From: an uncultured Gemmatimonadales bacterium
Lineage (GTDB): Bacteria; Gemmatimonadota; Gemmatimonadetes; Longimicrobiales; RSA9
Assembly: GCA_963783305.1 (NCBI GenBank)
Contig: CAWAMW010000002.1
Location: 224,001-288,000 of the forward strand
Direction of reading: 5' to 3'
DNA length: 64,000 bases
The translations under genes and the position numbers were made by a program. The notes beneath the pieces were generated by a model. It was not told the DNA's origin. It searched no databases and was given only the letters and a program-made list of their open reading frames with translations. Below, piece by piece: positions 1 to 10,408 of this stretch. Numbering within the stretch: the first letter of the stretch is position 1; each line of letters opens with the position of its first letter.

Positions 1-1
1 C

Positions 2-943
2 GAGTTCTTCCAGCGGCTCCGCCTCCCCGCCCGGCAGGCGCCGCTGCTGGATCGGCTTCGGTTGGACGTGGCCGTCCAGGTGGACCGGGACGTCTGGCTC
101 CGCTCCACCGAGGCCAACGTGGAGATCTACACGCCCCCGGAGGCGGGACCGCTGCGGATCGTCCTGGATGGCGGCGAGACGGGACTCGCGCTGGAGGGAA
201 CCATCAACACGGATCGCGGCGAGTACGAGTTCATGAGCCGGCGCTTCGATCTGACGCGAGGTGCGGCCACGTTCAGCGGCGATCCGGCCATCAACCCGGT
301 GCTCCAGCTCGCGGCGGAGCACGAGATCCGGCTGCCGGGACGCGGAGCGTTCGACATGCGGGTCCTCCTGAGCGGCACGCTGCGCGATCTGGAGATCACG
401 CTCGAGAGCAACTCTCAGCCACCCATCTCGCAGACCGACCTGCTCGCCTACCTCGCCTTCGGCAGGAACGCCACCTCACTTCTCTATCAGCAGGGGTCGC
501 CGCTCTCGGCCCAGGCCGGCCACGCCGGTGAGCTCGCCGGGAACGTGGCGGGGGTCGCCACGCAGCAGCTGGGCACCATCGCGCTGGACGCGGTCCTGAG
601 CGATGTGGAGAGCGATCTCATGCGCGACCTGAACGTGGACGTGTTCCGTATCACCCCGGCCGACCTGCCGCCCGACATGTTCACGGGCAAGTACGTGGAC
701 CTGCTCCGGTCGACGGAAGTGGAGGCCGGCCGCTACGTGTCGCCCGGGCTCTTCGTCGCCGGCCAGGTCAACACGGGGATGTCCCGGCCCGGCCTGCGGG
801 TGGAGTACGCCGCGCCATTCGGGCTGCAATGGGAGACCACCTGGCGCTCCCGTTGGCTGCCGCGGATACCCACGCTCACCGACCAGACTCCGCGCCGGGC
901 CGGCATACTCGGGAGCTTCCTCTTCAGGGAGTGGCGCTTCTAG
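2..943 (+). CDS. tamB: Translocation/assembly module TamB (DUF490) C-terminal part, 5' truncated by window edge
   Basis: Frame open from window start; RFDLTRGAATFSG..NPVLQLAAE, ITLESNSQPPISQTDLLAYLAFG, EAGRYVSPGLFV, terminal beta strand FREWRF. Confidence 0.8.
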   Translation, partial: EFFQRLRLPARQAPLLDRLRLDVAVQVDRDVWLRSTEANVEIYTPPEAGPLRIVLDGGETGLALEGTINTDRGEYEFMSRRFDLTRGAATFSGDPAINPVLQLAAEHEIRLPGRGAFDMRVLLSGTLRDLEITLESNSQPPISQTDLLAYLAFGRNATSLLYQQGSPLSAQAGHAGELAGNVAGVATQQLGTIALDAVLSDVESDLMRDLNVDVFRITPADLPPDMFTGKYVDLLRSTEVEAGRYVSPGLFVAGQVNTGMSRPGLRVEYAAPFGLQWETTWRSRWLPRIPTLTDQTPRRAGILGSFLFREWRF

Positions 944-944
944 C

Positions 945-2261
945 TCAGGGACCAACGCTCCTGGCGCCGCCCGCGGTCCACCCCTCCGGGACCCCCGTCT
1001 CGATGGGGTTTGCCGGGTCGGAGCTCCACTCGAACCACCCGCCATCGAACACGCTCACCCGTGGCCAGCCCATGAGATAGGCGTTCATGAACGCCTCGCT
1101 GCCGCGCCACCCGGTGCCGCAGTAAAACGCGATGTGCTTGTCCGGCACGACCCCGGCCTCCGCCCAGGTCTGCGCGACCTCCCCGGCCTCGCGCATCGTG
1201 TGGTCGAAGCTGCGGTAGTTCTCCATGTGGTACGCGTCGCTCCCGCAGTTGCCGAAGATCGCGCCCGGGATCCGCCCTGTCTTCTCGATGTAGTTGTACC
1301 CGCTGCGCTCGCCGATGAACTCCGGCCAGCTGCGGACACTCACCAGCTCCCCGTCGTCCGACTCGATGAGCCACTTCGCCTCGGGGATGTCCACCATGTA
1401 CTCCGGATGGCCGGGAATATCGGCGCCGAAGTCCGTGGCCGGCTCCGGACGCTCGCTCTCTTCGGTCGTCAGCGCGTACCCGGCCTCCTCCCAGCTGTGG
1501 ATGCCGCCGTTCAGGACCCTGACATCCTCGACGCCTGCGTACAGCAGGATCGCCGCGCAGCGCATGGCGCCCAGGTGCCCGGCGCTCTGCCCGGGGTGCG
1601 GCTGATCGGCCGTCGGGAAGGAGTGTCGGCCGTATACAATGACGGTCGTGTCGTGACGGATCCCCAGCCCCGACAGCGCCTCTTTCAGCTCCTCCGGCGA
1701 GCGCCGGTTCCACGTCTCCGGGGATTCCAGCGTGTTGGTGTCCAGCGACAGCGCACCGGGGATGTGCCCGAGCTCGTAGTCTTCACGGTTGCCGAAATGC
1801 GCGTGGCAGATGACCCAGTCGGCGCCGGGCGCGGCCTCCGGCGTGCCACCGTCCATCACCAGCCTCAGCCAGTCCGGAGGCACCAGCTGATGGTAGCGCT
1901 CCAGGCGTTCGAGCGGCCGGCGCGGGTCGTCCGACCATTCCCTGAAGCCGTCATATACCTCCACGCTGGTGAAGCCGAGCCGCTCCAGCTTGTCCGCCAT
2001 CTCGCGCCCTTCTTCGGCGGTGTATCCGTACACGGTAGTCGGCCGCGAGGGCTCCAGCCCCTTCCGCTCCACTACTTCCACCCAGTCCATGTACCGGGTC
2101 CACTGCAGCGGCAGGCTTCGGGCCCCGGGGAGGTGTCCCCCCCGGGGCTCACCCGCCAGGCGCCAACCGTTGTAGGCGGCCGCCGGGCGCACGTCGAGAA
2201 CGGTATGGGACGGGTCGTGGCTCCGATCCGCCATTGCATCGGTCGATATTCCAGAGGTCAT
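945..2261 (-). CDS. Triple-domain rhodanese sulfurtransferase (YnjE-like)
   Basis: Three GH/RxPGA rhodanese repeats; active-site loop FYCGTGWRGS; C-terminal FDGGWFEWS. Confidence 0.85.
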   Translation of the reverse strand: MTSGISTDAMADRSHDPSHTVLDVRPAAAYNGWRLAGEPRGGHLPGARSLPLQWTRYMDWVEVVERKGLEPSRPTTVYGYTAEEGREMADKLERLGFTSVEVYDGFREWSDDPRRPLERLERYHQLVPPDWLRLVMDGGTPEAAPGADWVICHAHFGNREDYELGHIPGALSLDTNTLESPETWNRRSPEELKEALSGLGIRHDTTVIVYGRHSFPTADQPHPGQSAGHLGAMRCAAILLYAGVEDVRVLNGGIHSWEEAGYALTTEESERPEPATDFGADIPGHPEYMVDIPEAKWLIESDDGELVSVRSWPEFIGERSGYNYIEKTGRIPGAIFGNCGSDAYHMENYRSFDHTMREAGEVAQTWAEAGVVPDKHIAFYCGTGWRGSEAFMNAYLMGWPRVSVFDGGWFEWSSDPANPIETGVPEGWTAGGARSVGP

Positions 2262-2307
2262 GGACTCATTAGGTGCAGGAGGGGTCCCTGCCTCGCGGGC
2301 GCGGGGC

Positions 2308-2766
2308 TCAGGATGCCGCCTTCCGTGGGCTTCGGCCCGCTTCCCGGTGCTGCCGGGCGCGGACCTTCATCTCGTGGATCATGGCCGACAGGCCGCTGTT
2401 TCGCTGTGAGCTGAGGTGGGATCGGAGCCCCACCTCGTCGAGGAACTCGAGCTCCGCGTCGGCCACGACCGCCGGGGTCTGACCGTCCAGCACGCGCACG
2501 ATCAGCGCGGCCAGTCCCCGGGTGATCTTGGCATCGCTGTGCACCAGGAACCGGAGAGCATTCCCGGCGGCGTCGTAATCGGTCCGGATCCAGAGGCCGT
2601 ACTGGCAGCCGGGGAGCCGCGTCTCATCGGTCCGCTCGGACTCGGGCAGCGGCGTCATGTTCTCGCCCAGCTCGACCAGGTACCGATACCGATCGACCCA
2701 GTCCTCGAGCGCCTCGAACTCGGCGACGATCTCTCTCGTCCTCTCCTGGATGCTCTCCGCTGCCAT
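2308..2766 (-). CDS. sufE: SufE family sulfur acceptor protein
   Basis: DWVDRYRYLVELG, GCQ motif, SDAKITRGL, LSSQRNSGL; start set at MAAESIQ. Confidence 0.85.
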   Translation of the reverse strand: MAAESIQERTREIVAEFEALEDWVDRYRYLVELGENMTPLPESERTDETRLPGCQYGLWIRTDYDAAGNALRFLVHSDAKITRGLAALIVRVLDGQTPAVVADAELEFLDEVGLRSHLSSQRNSGLSAMIHEMKVRARQHREAGRSPRKAAS

Positions 2767-2795
2767 TCGCTCTCTACCTCGACTCAACCCGGCTC

Positions 2796-4667
2796 TCAAC
2801 CCTCGATGTCGGTAAACTCCGATTCCTGCGCCGGCACCCACTCGCCCGCCGCCACGGCGGGTGGCGCGCCGCTGCCGTTCCGCACCGCGAACGCCACCAC
2901 GTCACCGGCGCGGAACCGCACGTTCTGGCCCACGGGAATTCCGCTGCCGTCCCGGACGACCACCAGCGGGATCGACGACGGTTTCGCCTTCTCGTCCACC
3001 GGCTCCTGCGAGCCGGCCCCCTCACCCGTCCCCCGCAGCCGCCAGTACTTCACCTCCGCCTGGCCGTGCCGGAGCGCATGGATCCAGTCCTCCACTTCCA
3101 GCGCCTGACCGAACAGGATCTCCACGCGCGATCCCTTCACCCGATCTCCGGTTACTCCCGAGCTCCCTCGCTCCAGCGCCGCCAGTGCCTCCGTGAGCCG
3201 ATACTCTTCCTTTCCCGTCCGGGCCAGCAGCACGTTGGCGCTCTCGTTCGGAGTCACGGCCGAGAGGCTGTGTCGACCCTCGATGTCCGCCCGCAACAGG
3301 ACCGATTCTTCGTTCGCGTTCCCGTAGATCACCCGGAGCCCCGCCCGCTCCGCATCGCTGGCCTCCGTTGAGTTCGAATCGATCACCACCACCTCCTCGC
3401 CCGCCGACTGGAGCGCGGTGGCGAGCGCGCGGCCCAGCGGGTTCGCGCCAATCACGATGTGGCCGACGTCCTTCCTGCGCCGGACCCCGAGGAGCGATGC
3501 CACCGGGCCGCTCGTGAACCCCTGAACCACCACCGTCACGGCGATCACCAGGAACACCAAGGCTCTGAACTCGGGGCCTATGTCGTAGCCGGCCGTGGTG
3601 AGGCGCTGGGCGAAGACCGAGGCCACGGCCGCCGCCACGATCCCGCGCGGACCCAGCCAGCCGATGAAGCCACGCTCCTTCCACGTCAGCTCCGAGCCCC
3701 ACGTGCTCACGGCCACCCCCAGCGGGCGGATGACGAACATGAGCGCCAACACTACCGCCAGCCCCTCCCAGCCCAACGCCGTGACCTCCTCCAGCCGGAC
3801 ATCCGCGGCCAGCAGCACGAAGAGCAGGCCGACCAGCAGCACGGTCATCTGCTCCTTGAACTCCCGCAGCTCACGCGAAATGGTCGTGCCGGAGTTGCCC
3901 ACCACGAACCCCGCCACGGCCGCCGCCAGGATCCCGCTCTCGGGCTGCAGCGAGTCGCTGACCTCGAAGACCACCAGCACCAGTGAGAGGGTGAAGACGT
4001 TTTCCAGCCCCTCCGGCACCAGCTTCCGGAACCGCAGGAGCACGGCGATCAGAGATCCGCCGATAAAGCCGACGGTCGCCCCCAGGAGCAGCCTTGAAGG
4101 GATCCCGAGGAGCCCCCGCGCCGCACCACCAAAGGTCTCCGACAACGCCAGCTCCAGCGCCACCACCGCCAGGATGGCGCCGATCGGATCGATCAGGACT
4201 CCCTCCGCCTCCAGGATCGTGGCCACGCCCTTCCGCACCCGGATCCGCCGGAGGAGCGGCGTGATGACCGTGGGGCCGGTGACGATGACGAGGGCTCCGA
4301 ACGTCACGGCAATCGGCCACGGCCAGTCCAGCGCCAGGCGCGCTATCGTGGCCGCACCCGCAGCGGTGATGACGGCGCCCACCGTGAGCAGCATCCGGAT
4401 CACCCGGGCCTCGCCGCGCACCCGGGTGATGTTGAGACTGAGGCCGCCTTCGAAGAGGATGACCGCCACGGACAGTCCCACCAGGATGTTGAGCCCCTCC
4501 CCCAGCGTCTCGGGACGTATCACGTTGGCCAGGTCCGGGCCCAGCACCGCTCCCAGCAGCAGCATCATGACGATTCCGGGCACCCGAAGGTGGCGGGCCG
4601 CCGATTGCGCAACGATCCCCGCCGCGAGGGCGAGGGTGAAGGTCAGTGCGGGATTGGTCAGATCCAC
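2796..4667 (-). CDS. CPA1 (NhaP-type) cation:proton antiporter with C-terminal TrkA-N/RCK domain
   Basis: About 12 TM segments; ILFEGGL, EGVLIDPIG, GPRGIVAAAVAS; HIVIGANPLGRALA Rossmann-like domain. Confidence 0.85.
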   Translation of the reverse strand: MDLTNPALTFTLALAAGIVAQSAARHLRVPGIVMMLLLGAVLGPDLANVIRPETLGEGLNILVGLSVAVILFEGGLSLNITRVRGEARVIRMLLTVGAVITAAGAATIARLALDWPWPIAVTFGALVIVTGPTVITPLLRRIRVRKGVATILEAEGVLIDPIGAILAVVALELALSETFGGAARGLLGIPSRLLLGATVGFIGGSLIAVLLRFRKLVPEGLENVFTLSLVLVVFEVSDSLQPESGILAAAVAGFVVGNSGTTISRELREFKEQMTVLLVGLLFVLLAADVRLEEVTALGWEGLAVVLALMFVIRPLGVAVSTWGSELTWKERGFIGWLGPRGIVAAAVASVFAQRLTTAGYDIGPEFRALVFLVIAVTVVVQGFTSGPVASLLGVRRRKDVGHIVIGANPLGRALATALQSAGEEVVVIDSNSTEASDAERAGLRVIYGNANEESVLLRADIEGRHSLSAVTPNESANVLLARTGKEEYRLTEALAALERGSSGVTGDRVKGSRVEILFGQALEVEDWIHALRHGQAEVKYWRLRGTGEGAGSQEPVDEKAKPSSIPLVVVRDGSGIPVGQNVRFRAGDVVAFAVRNGSGAPPAVAAGEWVPAQESEFTDIEG

Positions 4668-4790
4668 GCGGCGGCGACTTCGTTCAGGGTCATCAGGGCT
4701 CGCATCGTTGAGAACTGCATCGGGAGAAGGATCGCACGGATCCCGAGGAGGTGCAAAAATCGGACACCCGTCCGCGTGCGGCAGGAACCG

Positions 4791-6134
4791 CTAGTGGGAG
4801 ACGGGCGCCACCACGGACTGATATACGAGGCTGCGCAGCTTGCCGTGGTCGTCCAGGCCACCCGCCGGAATCAGCTGCGTCAGGTACACGACGACGAGCT
4901 CCTCCTCCGGATCGACCCAGTACACCGAGTGGTATGCGCCGCCCCAGCCGAACTCGCCCTGCGATCCCGGGACCCCGCGCGCACCCACATCCTCCACCAC
5001 GTAGAACCCGAGCCCGAACCCCTGACCTGGCCCGTAGTCGACCCCTCCCACATGGTCCACCGTCATCAGCTGGACGGTCTTGGGACTGAGGATCCGGACG
5101 CCATCCAGCTCACCGCCGTTCAGCAGCATCTGGAGGAAGCGGGCGTAGTCGGACGCCGTGGAGAGGAGCCCCGCGCCGCCTGAGTAGCTGGTCCTGGGGC
5201 CGTGCAGGTATGCGCCCTGACCCAGTCGCCCACCCCCACCCGGCGCACGCCGGACGTCGCCGTCGGGCGTCGCGGCGTACACCACTGCCAACCGATTCGA
5301 GTCGGACGGCGGCAGGTAGAAATGCGTGTCCCACATCTCGAGCGGCTCCAGGATCCGCACGCGCAGGAAGGCGTCCAGCGACTGCCCGCTCACCTCTTCG
5401 ATCACGGCGCCCAGGATGTCCGCGGAGTAGCCGTACACCCAGCGCTCACCCGGCTGCGCGTCGAACGGGAGCGCCGCCATTCGGGAGACGGTGGCCCGGA
5501 TCGGCTCATCCCGATCCGCGAAGTACCAGCCGGTGATCCCCGCGGCCTCCCATCGGTCCCCGGCCACACCGTAGCCGTACCCCACCCCGGAGGTGTGCGT
5601 GAGCAGGTCGCGGAGCGTGATCGGGCGCGCCGCCGGCTCGATGTCATACCCGCCGTCCTCGCGCGCCACCGCGACCGTGGTCTCGCGGAACTCCGGGAGG
5701 TATCGCGACACCGGGTCCGTGATCAGCAGCCGACCCTCCTCCTGGAGCATCATCACCCCCACGCTCACCAGCGCCTTCGTCTGCGAGGCGATGCGGAAGA
5801 TCGCGTCCTCGGGCATGACCGCCCGCGCCTCCCGATCGAGGTCCCCGAACGCCTCCAGATACGCCACCCGGCCGCCCCGGGCCACCAGCGCCACGCCACC
5901 CGCCAGTTTCCCGTCCTCCACGTAGCCATTCAGGACGCGCGTGAGCCGGCCCAGCCGCTCCGACGAAAGGCCGACCGCCTCCGGCTCCACCACGGGCAGC
6001 CCGGGCGCCGCGGCGGTCTGCCCGCCAAGCGATACCGGACCGGCCAGGGCCAGCGCCACGAGGAGAAGGGCGGACGCCGGAGCCGGGCCGGGGCGGCGGC
6101 CCCTTGGCGCCCTCGAGCACTCGGCTTCCCTCAT
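4791..6134 (-). CDS. Secreted serine hydrolase, beta-lactamase (class C-like) family
   Basis: Signal peptide; IFRIASQTK (SxxK), LLTHTSG, WVYGYS, GGAGLLSTASDY, FGWGG. Confidence 0.85.
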   Translation of the reverse strand: MREAECSRAPRGRRPGPAPASALLLVALALAGPVSLGGQTAAAPGLPVVEPEAVGLSSERLGRLTRVLNGYVEDGKLAGGVALVARGGRVAYLEAFGDLDREARAVMPEDAIFRIASQTKALVSVGVMMLQEEGRLLITDPVSRYLPEFRETTVAVAREDGGYDIEPAARPITLRDLLTHTSGVGYGYGVAGDRWEAAGITGWYFADRDEPIRATVSRMAALPFDAQPGERWVYGYSADILGAVIEEVSGQSLDAFLRVRILEPLEMWDTHFYLPPSDSNRLAVVYAATPDGDVRRAPGGGGRLGQGAYLHGPRTSYSGGAGLLSTASDYARFLQMLLNGGELDGVRILSPKTVQLMTVDHVGGVDYGPGQGFGLGFYVVEDVGARGVPGSQGEFGWGGAYHSVYWVDPEEELVVVYLTQLIPAGGLDDHGKLRSLVYQSVVAPVSH

Positions 6135-6135
6135 A

Positions 6136-6762
6136 TCAGCTCGGAGGTGCCTTCGACGGCAGCCCGATCATCACGTGCGCCGAGGGCGTACCGGGCAGCA
6201 TGAGCCACGGGCCGCCATCGGGGAGCGTCGGCAGCCCTGTCGATTCCGTCGTGGCGTGCTTGATGTAGATGGCGTGCAGCCGCCCGCCCGTTGCCGGGTC
6301 GGTGGTGGCAGGGTCGAAGTCCTCGGTGGGAAACGCCAGGTTGTAGACCATCGCTATGTCCGGCATCGCCAGCGTCCCCGCCTCGATCTCCTCCCACCTC
6401 GCCTGGTTCCGCGCCTCGCCCTCGATCCCCTGGCGGCGCAGTTCGCGTCCGCGCTCCATGAACGGCTCCAGGCTGTCATGGTAGCAGGCCGCGCGGAAAC
6501 CATCGTCCCCCGGCTGGTCGGCCAGGCAGATGAGGTGGTTGGAGCCCTCCCGCAGCGTCACGAGGTGGCCGTCGCCGGTCCACCCCCGGACCTCCGCGTC
6601 CGCACGGAGCTGGGCCGGGGCGGCGAGCGCCGCGGACGCCACCAGCCATTCCGTGGTCCTGCCGTTCAGCACCACGTCCTCAACCGACTGCGCCGCCGCT
6701 CCCGTCCCACGCAGAGCAAAACCCAGCACCAGCAGACATCCCATCACCCGACTCGTTCTCAT
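6136..6762 (-). CDS. Hypothetical exported protein
   Basis: Signal peptide ending AAAQ; ICLAD..AACYH; GPWLMLPGTPSAHVM; ATGA overlap with upstream gene. Confidence 0.7.
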   Translation of the reverse strand: MRTSRVMGCLLVLGFALRGTGAAAQSVEDVVLNGRTTEWLVASAALAAPAQLRADAEVRGWTGDGHLVTLREGSNHLICLADQPGDDGFRAACYHDSLEPFMERGRELRRQGIEGEARNQARWEEIEAGTLAMPDIAMVYNLAFPTEDFDPATTDPATGGRLHAIYIKHATTESTGLPTLPDGGPWLMLPGTPSAHVMIGLPSKAPPS

Positions 6763-7739
6763 GGCTCCCTCCGCTCTCCACGCGCGAACACCTGATCATC
6801 CGGACCACGGAGCACGAACGCCGTCGCCCGCCCGCCTTCAACCTCAAACTCCAGGTACGTCTCCGCTAGCGTCTCCCACAGCTCGCCATCCTCCATGATG
6901 CCAGGCAGGAAAACCCCCTCCGCCCGCCGCATGAGCAGCAGCTCGGAGCTCACCATCCCCTCGTCGGGGTCGGGGAACCAGGTAGCCACCCGCAACGTCC
7001 CATCCTCCTCGTACCGCACGTCGAAATCGAGCGGTGGCGGCGGCTCCGTGAATCCGGGACCCGCATCGCCGCCCCCTCCGAAGCTGAGGCTCCACTCGCC
7101 CACGTACGGGAGCGCGTGCTCCCGCGCCACAGTGAGAGGGAGCGATGGCTCGACTTCGAACGGGATCGCCACGCGCGCATCCCCCCACGCCAGCTCCACG
7201 ACGCCGCCGGTCGATCCGATCTCGGGAAACGACCACGTGAGCACCTCCACGGGCTCGCCGGTGTCCGGATCCACGGGCAGCCGGATCTGCTCCTCCGTCG
7301 GCTCGGGGTGCGCCGTGTGGAACAGCGAGTCCCGGGGGTCCAGCACCAGCTCCCACGGACCGTCCCTCGAGACGACCAGCCACACCGACCAGCTGCCGGC
7401 GGGGATGGGTCGGCCGCCGAGCTTCACGTCATGGCTGAGCGTCAGCCGCGTCGCGTCATTCGCCCCCGGCGTCCACACCTCTCCCCACTTCACCACCTCC
7501 CCGAACAGGTCCGCCCGGCCGCGCGCCCGCGGACGCGAGTAGTCGAGCGTGATCACCGTTCCGTCCACCGTCTGGGCGACCGACGCCCGCTCACTCGCCC
7601 TGACCTGTCCGACGGCATACTTCGGGCTGATGCCCAGCGCCAGGAGAACGCCAAGCACCAGCAGGTCCGGCAGCGTATTCCGCCGCATGACGGCCCCGGG
7701 GGCTCCGGCCACGAGTCGCGCGTTCGATCCAGTCGTCAT
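6759..7739 (-). CDS. DUF2911 domain exported protein
   Basis: ITLDYSRPRARGRADLFGEVVKWGEVWTPGANDAT matches the DUF2911 pattern YSRP..RGR..FG..V.WG.VWR.GAN; true start may be 7688. Confidence 0.8.
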   Translation of the reverse strand: MTTGSNARLVAGAPGAVMRRNTLPDLLVLGVLLALGISPKYAVGQVRASERASVAQTVDGTVITLDYSRPRARGRADLFGEVVKWGEVWTPGANDATRLTLSHDVKLGGRPIPAGSWSVWLVVSRDGPWELVLDPRDSLFHTAHPEPTEEQIRLPVDPDTGEPVEVLTWSFPEIGSTGGVVELAWGDARVAIPFEVEPSLPLTVAREHALPYVGEWSLSFGGGGDAGPGFTEPPPPLDFDVRYEEDGTLRVATWFPDPDEGMVSSELLLMRRAEGVFLPGIMEDGELWETLAETYLEFEVEGGRATAFVLRGPDDQVFARGERREP

Positions 7740-8260
7740 GTCCGATCGATCTCCGCCCGGGTCGCATTCTCCATCTCTGTCCTCTCGTGGCGCGCCGCTC
7801 CGTGGGAGTAGCGGGCGTCCACCGCCCGACGGATCTGCTCCAGGTCCTGCCCCTCACGGGCGCGGCGGTGGACCAGGCGGCCCATCCCCTGACAGATCTC
7901 GCACCAGCGCGCCATCCCCGGCGCCTCGTAGCAGGAGAGGAGCGAGCGATACCCATCGAGGTCGGCGCAGCCGCAGTAGCAGCGGATGCCGTCCGCGAGA
8001 TGGGCGACCTCGCGCACCGCGTCGAACGCATCCACGGCGTGAGGGGCGTCGGTCAGGTCGGCGGCCCGTAGCACCCGTGACCCATCGATTCCCGGGCGGG
8101 GCTCCGGGTGTACCCCCGGGCGACCGGAGGACGGCAGTCCTAGGGCACCGCCGATCAGCGAGGTAGTGCCGTAGAGGCGGGCGGGCAGGCATCCGACGAG
8201 GACGGCGGCGCCGCCGGCGGCCATGAGCAGGAAACGTCGTCGATCCAGCGGGTGGTCCAT
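7736..8260 (-). CDS. PCYCGC-motif family protein with Tat signal
   Basis: DRRRFLL twin-arginine leader; RCYCGC..SLLSCY..CEIC; IRRAVDARY tail. Confidence 0.75.
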   Translation of the reverse strand: MDHPLDRRRFLLMAAGGAAVLVGCLPARLYGTTSLIGGALGLPSSGRPGVHPEPRPGIDGSRVLRAADLTDAPHAVDAFDAVREVAHLADGIRCYCGCADLDGYRSLLSCYEAPGMARWCEICQGMGRLVHRRAREGQDLEQIRRAVDARYSHGAARHERTEMENATRAEIDRT

Positions 8261-8431
8261 GGTCGATCCGGAAGGGGGGGAGGTCGGACCCACTATGATG
8301 GCGCGCCTCCAGCCAACTCGCAATGATGCGGGAGAGAACGTGGGCCGTTACCCGGACCCCCTCCATCCGTTGAGGTCGGAACGCACGACCCGTAGTTTGG
8401 CTGGACCAGTTCTCGCACCGGAGCGCGTGAC

Positions 8432-9268
8432 ATGAGACCCCCAACGCCGAGCCGCCTGACGCTGCTGGCCGTTATCACCATGATCGGCGGCGCGACCGCC
8501 TGCGCCCGCGCGCCACGACCGGCGCCGCCCGCCACCGCCCCCACCAGCGACGCCGCGTGTCCGCCGGTCTCCCAGCGCCCGTCCCTGGTCCACGTGACCG
8601 AAGTCGCGCCCGCGCTCCGGGAGGACGTGCGCTACGCCACCGCCGACAACTTCACCGGTGCTCCGCTGCCCGGCTACGATGCGGGCGCGGCGCTGCTGAG
8701 GCCCGCGGCCGCCGAGTCACTCGCGCGGGTTCAGCGCGCCCTCGAGTCCCGCGGCTATGGGCTGCTGGTCTGGGACGCCTATCGCCCCGTTCGCGCCACG
8801 CTCGGGATGGTCGAATGGGCCGAGCGGACGGGGAACGAGTGGGTGCTGGACGAAGGGTACGTCGCCCGGCGCAGCAACCACAACCGGGGCAACACCGTCG
8901 ATCTCACGGTCGTTTCGCTGGACACCGGGCTGCCCCTGGACATGGGGACGGCGTACGACCATTTCGGCGTCGAGTCGCACACCGCCAACGCCACGGGTGC
9001 GGTCCTGGCCAACCGCCGGGTGCTGCTGCGCGCCATGGAGGCCGAGGGCTGGCAGAACTACGAGCAGGAGTGGTGGCACTACACCTACCCCGGCGACGAC
9101 GAGTTCATCGACATCCCCGTCGGGTGCTATCTCTCCAGCCGGACCCGGGCCGCGGCCGGCGTGGCCGCCATGAGGATGAGCGTCATCACCTCGGCCGAGT
9201 TGATGCACCAGGTGCAGGTGGCGCCAATGATGGCCACGCGACGGTCGATCCTACCGGCCGACCCCTGA
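8432..9268 (+). CDS. ddpX: D-alanyl-D-alanine dipeptidase (M15D, DdpX/VanX-like), probable lipoprotein
   Basis: [28 protein letters not shown] (SxHxxGxxxD), EWWHY; lipobox-like ATAC. Confidence 0.85.
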   Translation: MRPPTPSRLTLLAVITMIGGATACARAPRPAPPATAPTSDAACPPVSQRPSLVHVTEVAPALREDVRYATADNFTGAPLPGYDAGAALLRPAAAESLARVQRALESRGYGLLVWDAYRPVRATLGMVEWAERTGNEWVLDEGYVARRSNHNRGNTVDLTVVSLDTGLPLDMGTAYDHFGVESHTANATGAVLANRRVLLRAMEAEGWQNYEQEWWHYTYPGDDEFIDIPVGCYLSSRTRAAAGVAAMRMSVITSAELMHQVQVAPMMATRRSILPADP

Positions 9269-10360
9269 GGGCACCGCGCAGTTCGATACACGATCGAGCT
9301 CCAGCTCGCTCGCCGGGAAGTACTTCCGTTTCCACCACAGCGCGACGTTCACCAGGGCGATCAGCACCGGCACCTCCACCAGCGGACCGATCACCGCCGC
9401 GAAAGCGGCGCCGTGGCCGATCCCGAAGGTGCCCACGGCCACGGCGATGGCCAGCTCGAAATTGTTCGATGCCGCCGTGAAGGAGAGCGTCGCGGTCTGC
9501 GGATAGCTCGCGCCGGCCCATCGGCTCATGAAGAAGGTCACCGCGAACATCACCAGGAAATAGATCAGTAGCGGGATCGCTACCAGCACAACACTCGACG
9601 GCTGCCGGATGATCGCCTCGCCCTGGATCGAGAACATGACCACGATGGTGAACAGGAGCGCCACCAGGGTGATCGGGCTGATCCTCGGGATGAACCGCTG
9701 GTGGTACCACGTCTTCCCCTTCGCCCTCACCAGCACGAACCGGGTCAGCATCCCCGCCAGGAACGGGACGCCGAGATAGATGAAGACGCTCTCCGCGATC
9801 TGGCCCATCGTGATGGCTACGGCCGTGCCCTCCAGCCCCAGCCACGCCGGCACCACCGTGATGAACACCCACGCATACACGGAATAGAAGAGCACCTGGA
9901 AGATGGAATTGAACGCCACCAGGCCCGCCGCGTACTCGTTGTCGCCCTCCGCCAGCTCGTTCCACACGATCACCATGGCGATGCAGCGCGCCAGTCCGAT
10001 GAGGATCAGCCCCACCATGAGCTCGGGGTGGTCGCGCAGGAAGAGCACGGCCAGCCCGAACATGAGCAGCGGCCCGATCACCCAGTTCTGGATCAGCGAC
10101 AGCCCAAGGATCCGCCAGTCGCGGAATACGTCACCCAGCTCCTCGTACCGCACCTTCGCGAGCGGCGGGTACATCATGAGGATGAGACCGAGGGCGATGG
10201 GGATCGATGTGGTGCCCACCTGCGTCGCCTCGTTCAGCGCCGTGATCGGCTCCGGCCACAGGTAGCCCAGCGCCACTCCCACCCCCATCGCCAGCCCGAT
10301 CCACGCCGTCAGGTACCGGTCGAGGAAGGACATCCGGCGCCCTACGCTCTGTTTACTCAT
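9251..10360 (-). CDS. acr3: ACR3 family arsenite efflux transporter
   Basis: [50 protein letters not shown]. Confidence 0.95.
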   Translation of the reverse strand: MSKQSVGRRMSFLDRYLTAWIGLAMGVGVALGYLWPEPITALNEATQVGTTSIPIALGLILMMYPPLAKVRYEELGDVFRDWRILGLSLIQNWVIGPLLMFGLAVLFLRDHPELMVGLILIGLARCIAMVIVWNELAEGDNEYAAGLVAFNSIFQVLFYSVYAWVFITVVPAWLGLEGTAVAITMGQIAESVFIYLGVPFLAGMLTRFVLVRAKGKTWYHQRFIPRISPITLVALLFTIVVMFSIQGEAIIRQPSSVVLVAIPLLIYFLVMFAVTFFMSRWAGASYPQTATLSFTAASNNFELAIAVAVGTFGIGHGAAFAAVIGPLVEVPVLIALVNVALWWKRKYFPASELELDRVSNCAVPSGVGR

Positions 10361-10408
10361 TTGCTGATCACCGCTGAGTTGGCGTTCGGGGTACGGACCA
10401 CAGGTTAC

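Noticed and set aside
4668..4730. Fluoride-riboswitch-like words (GATG..GTTC..CTGATGAC) upstream of the antiporter
   Set aside because: The required P1 and pseudoknot pairings are not complementary
8432..9268. Vancomycin resistance gene vanX
   Set aside because: No vanH/vanA/vanRS nearby; the exported DdpX-type form is common in diderms
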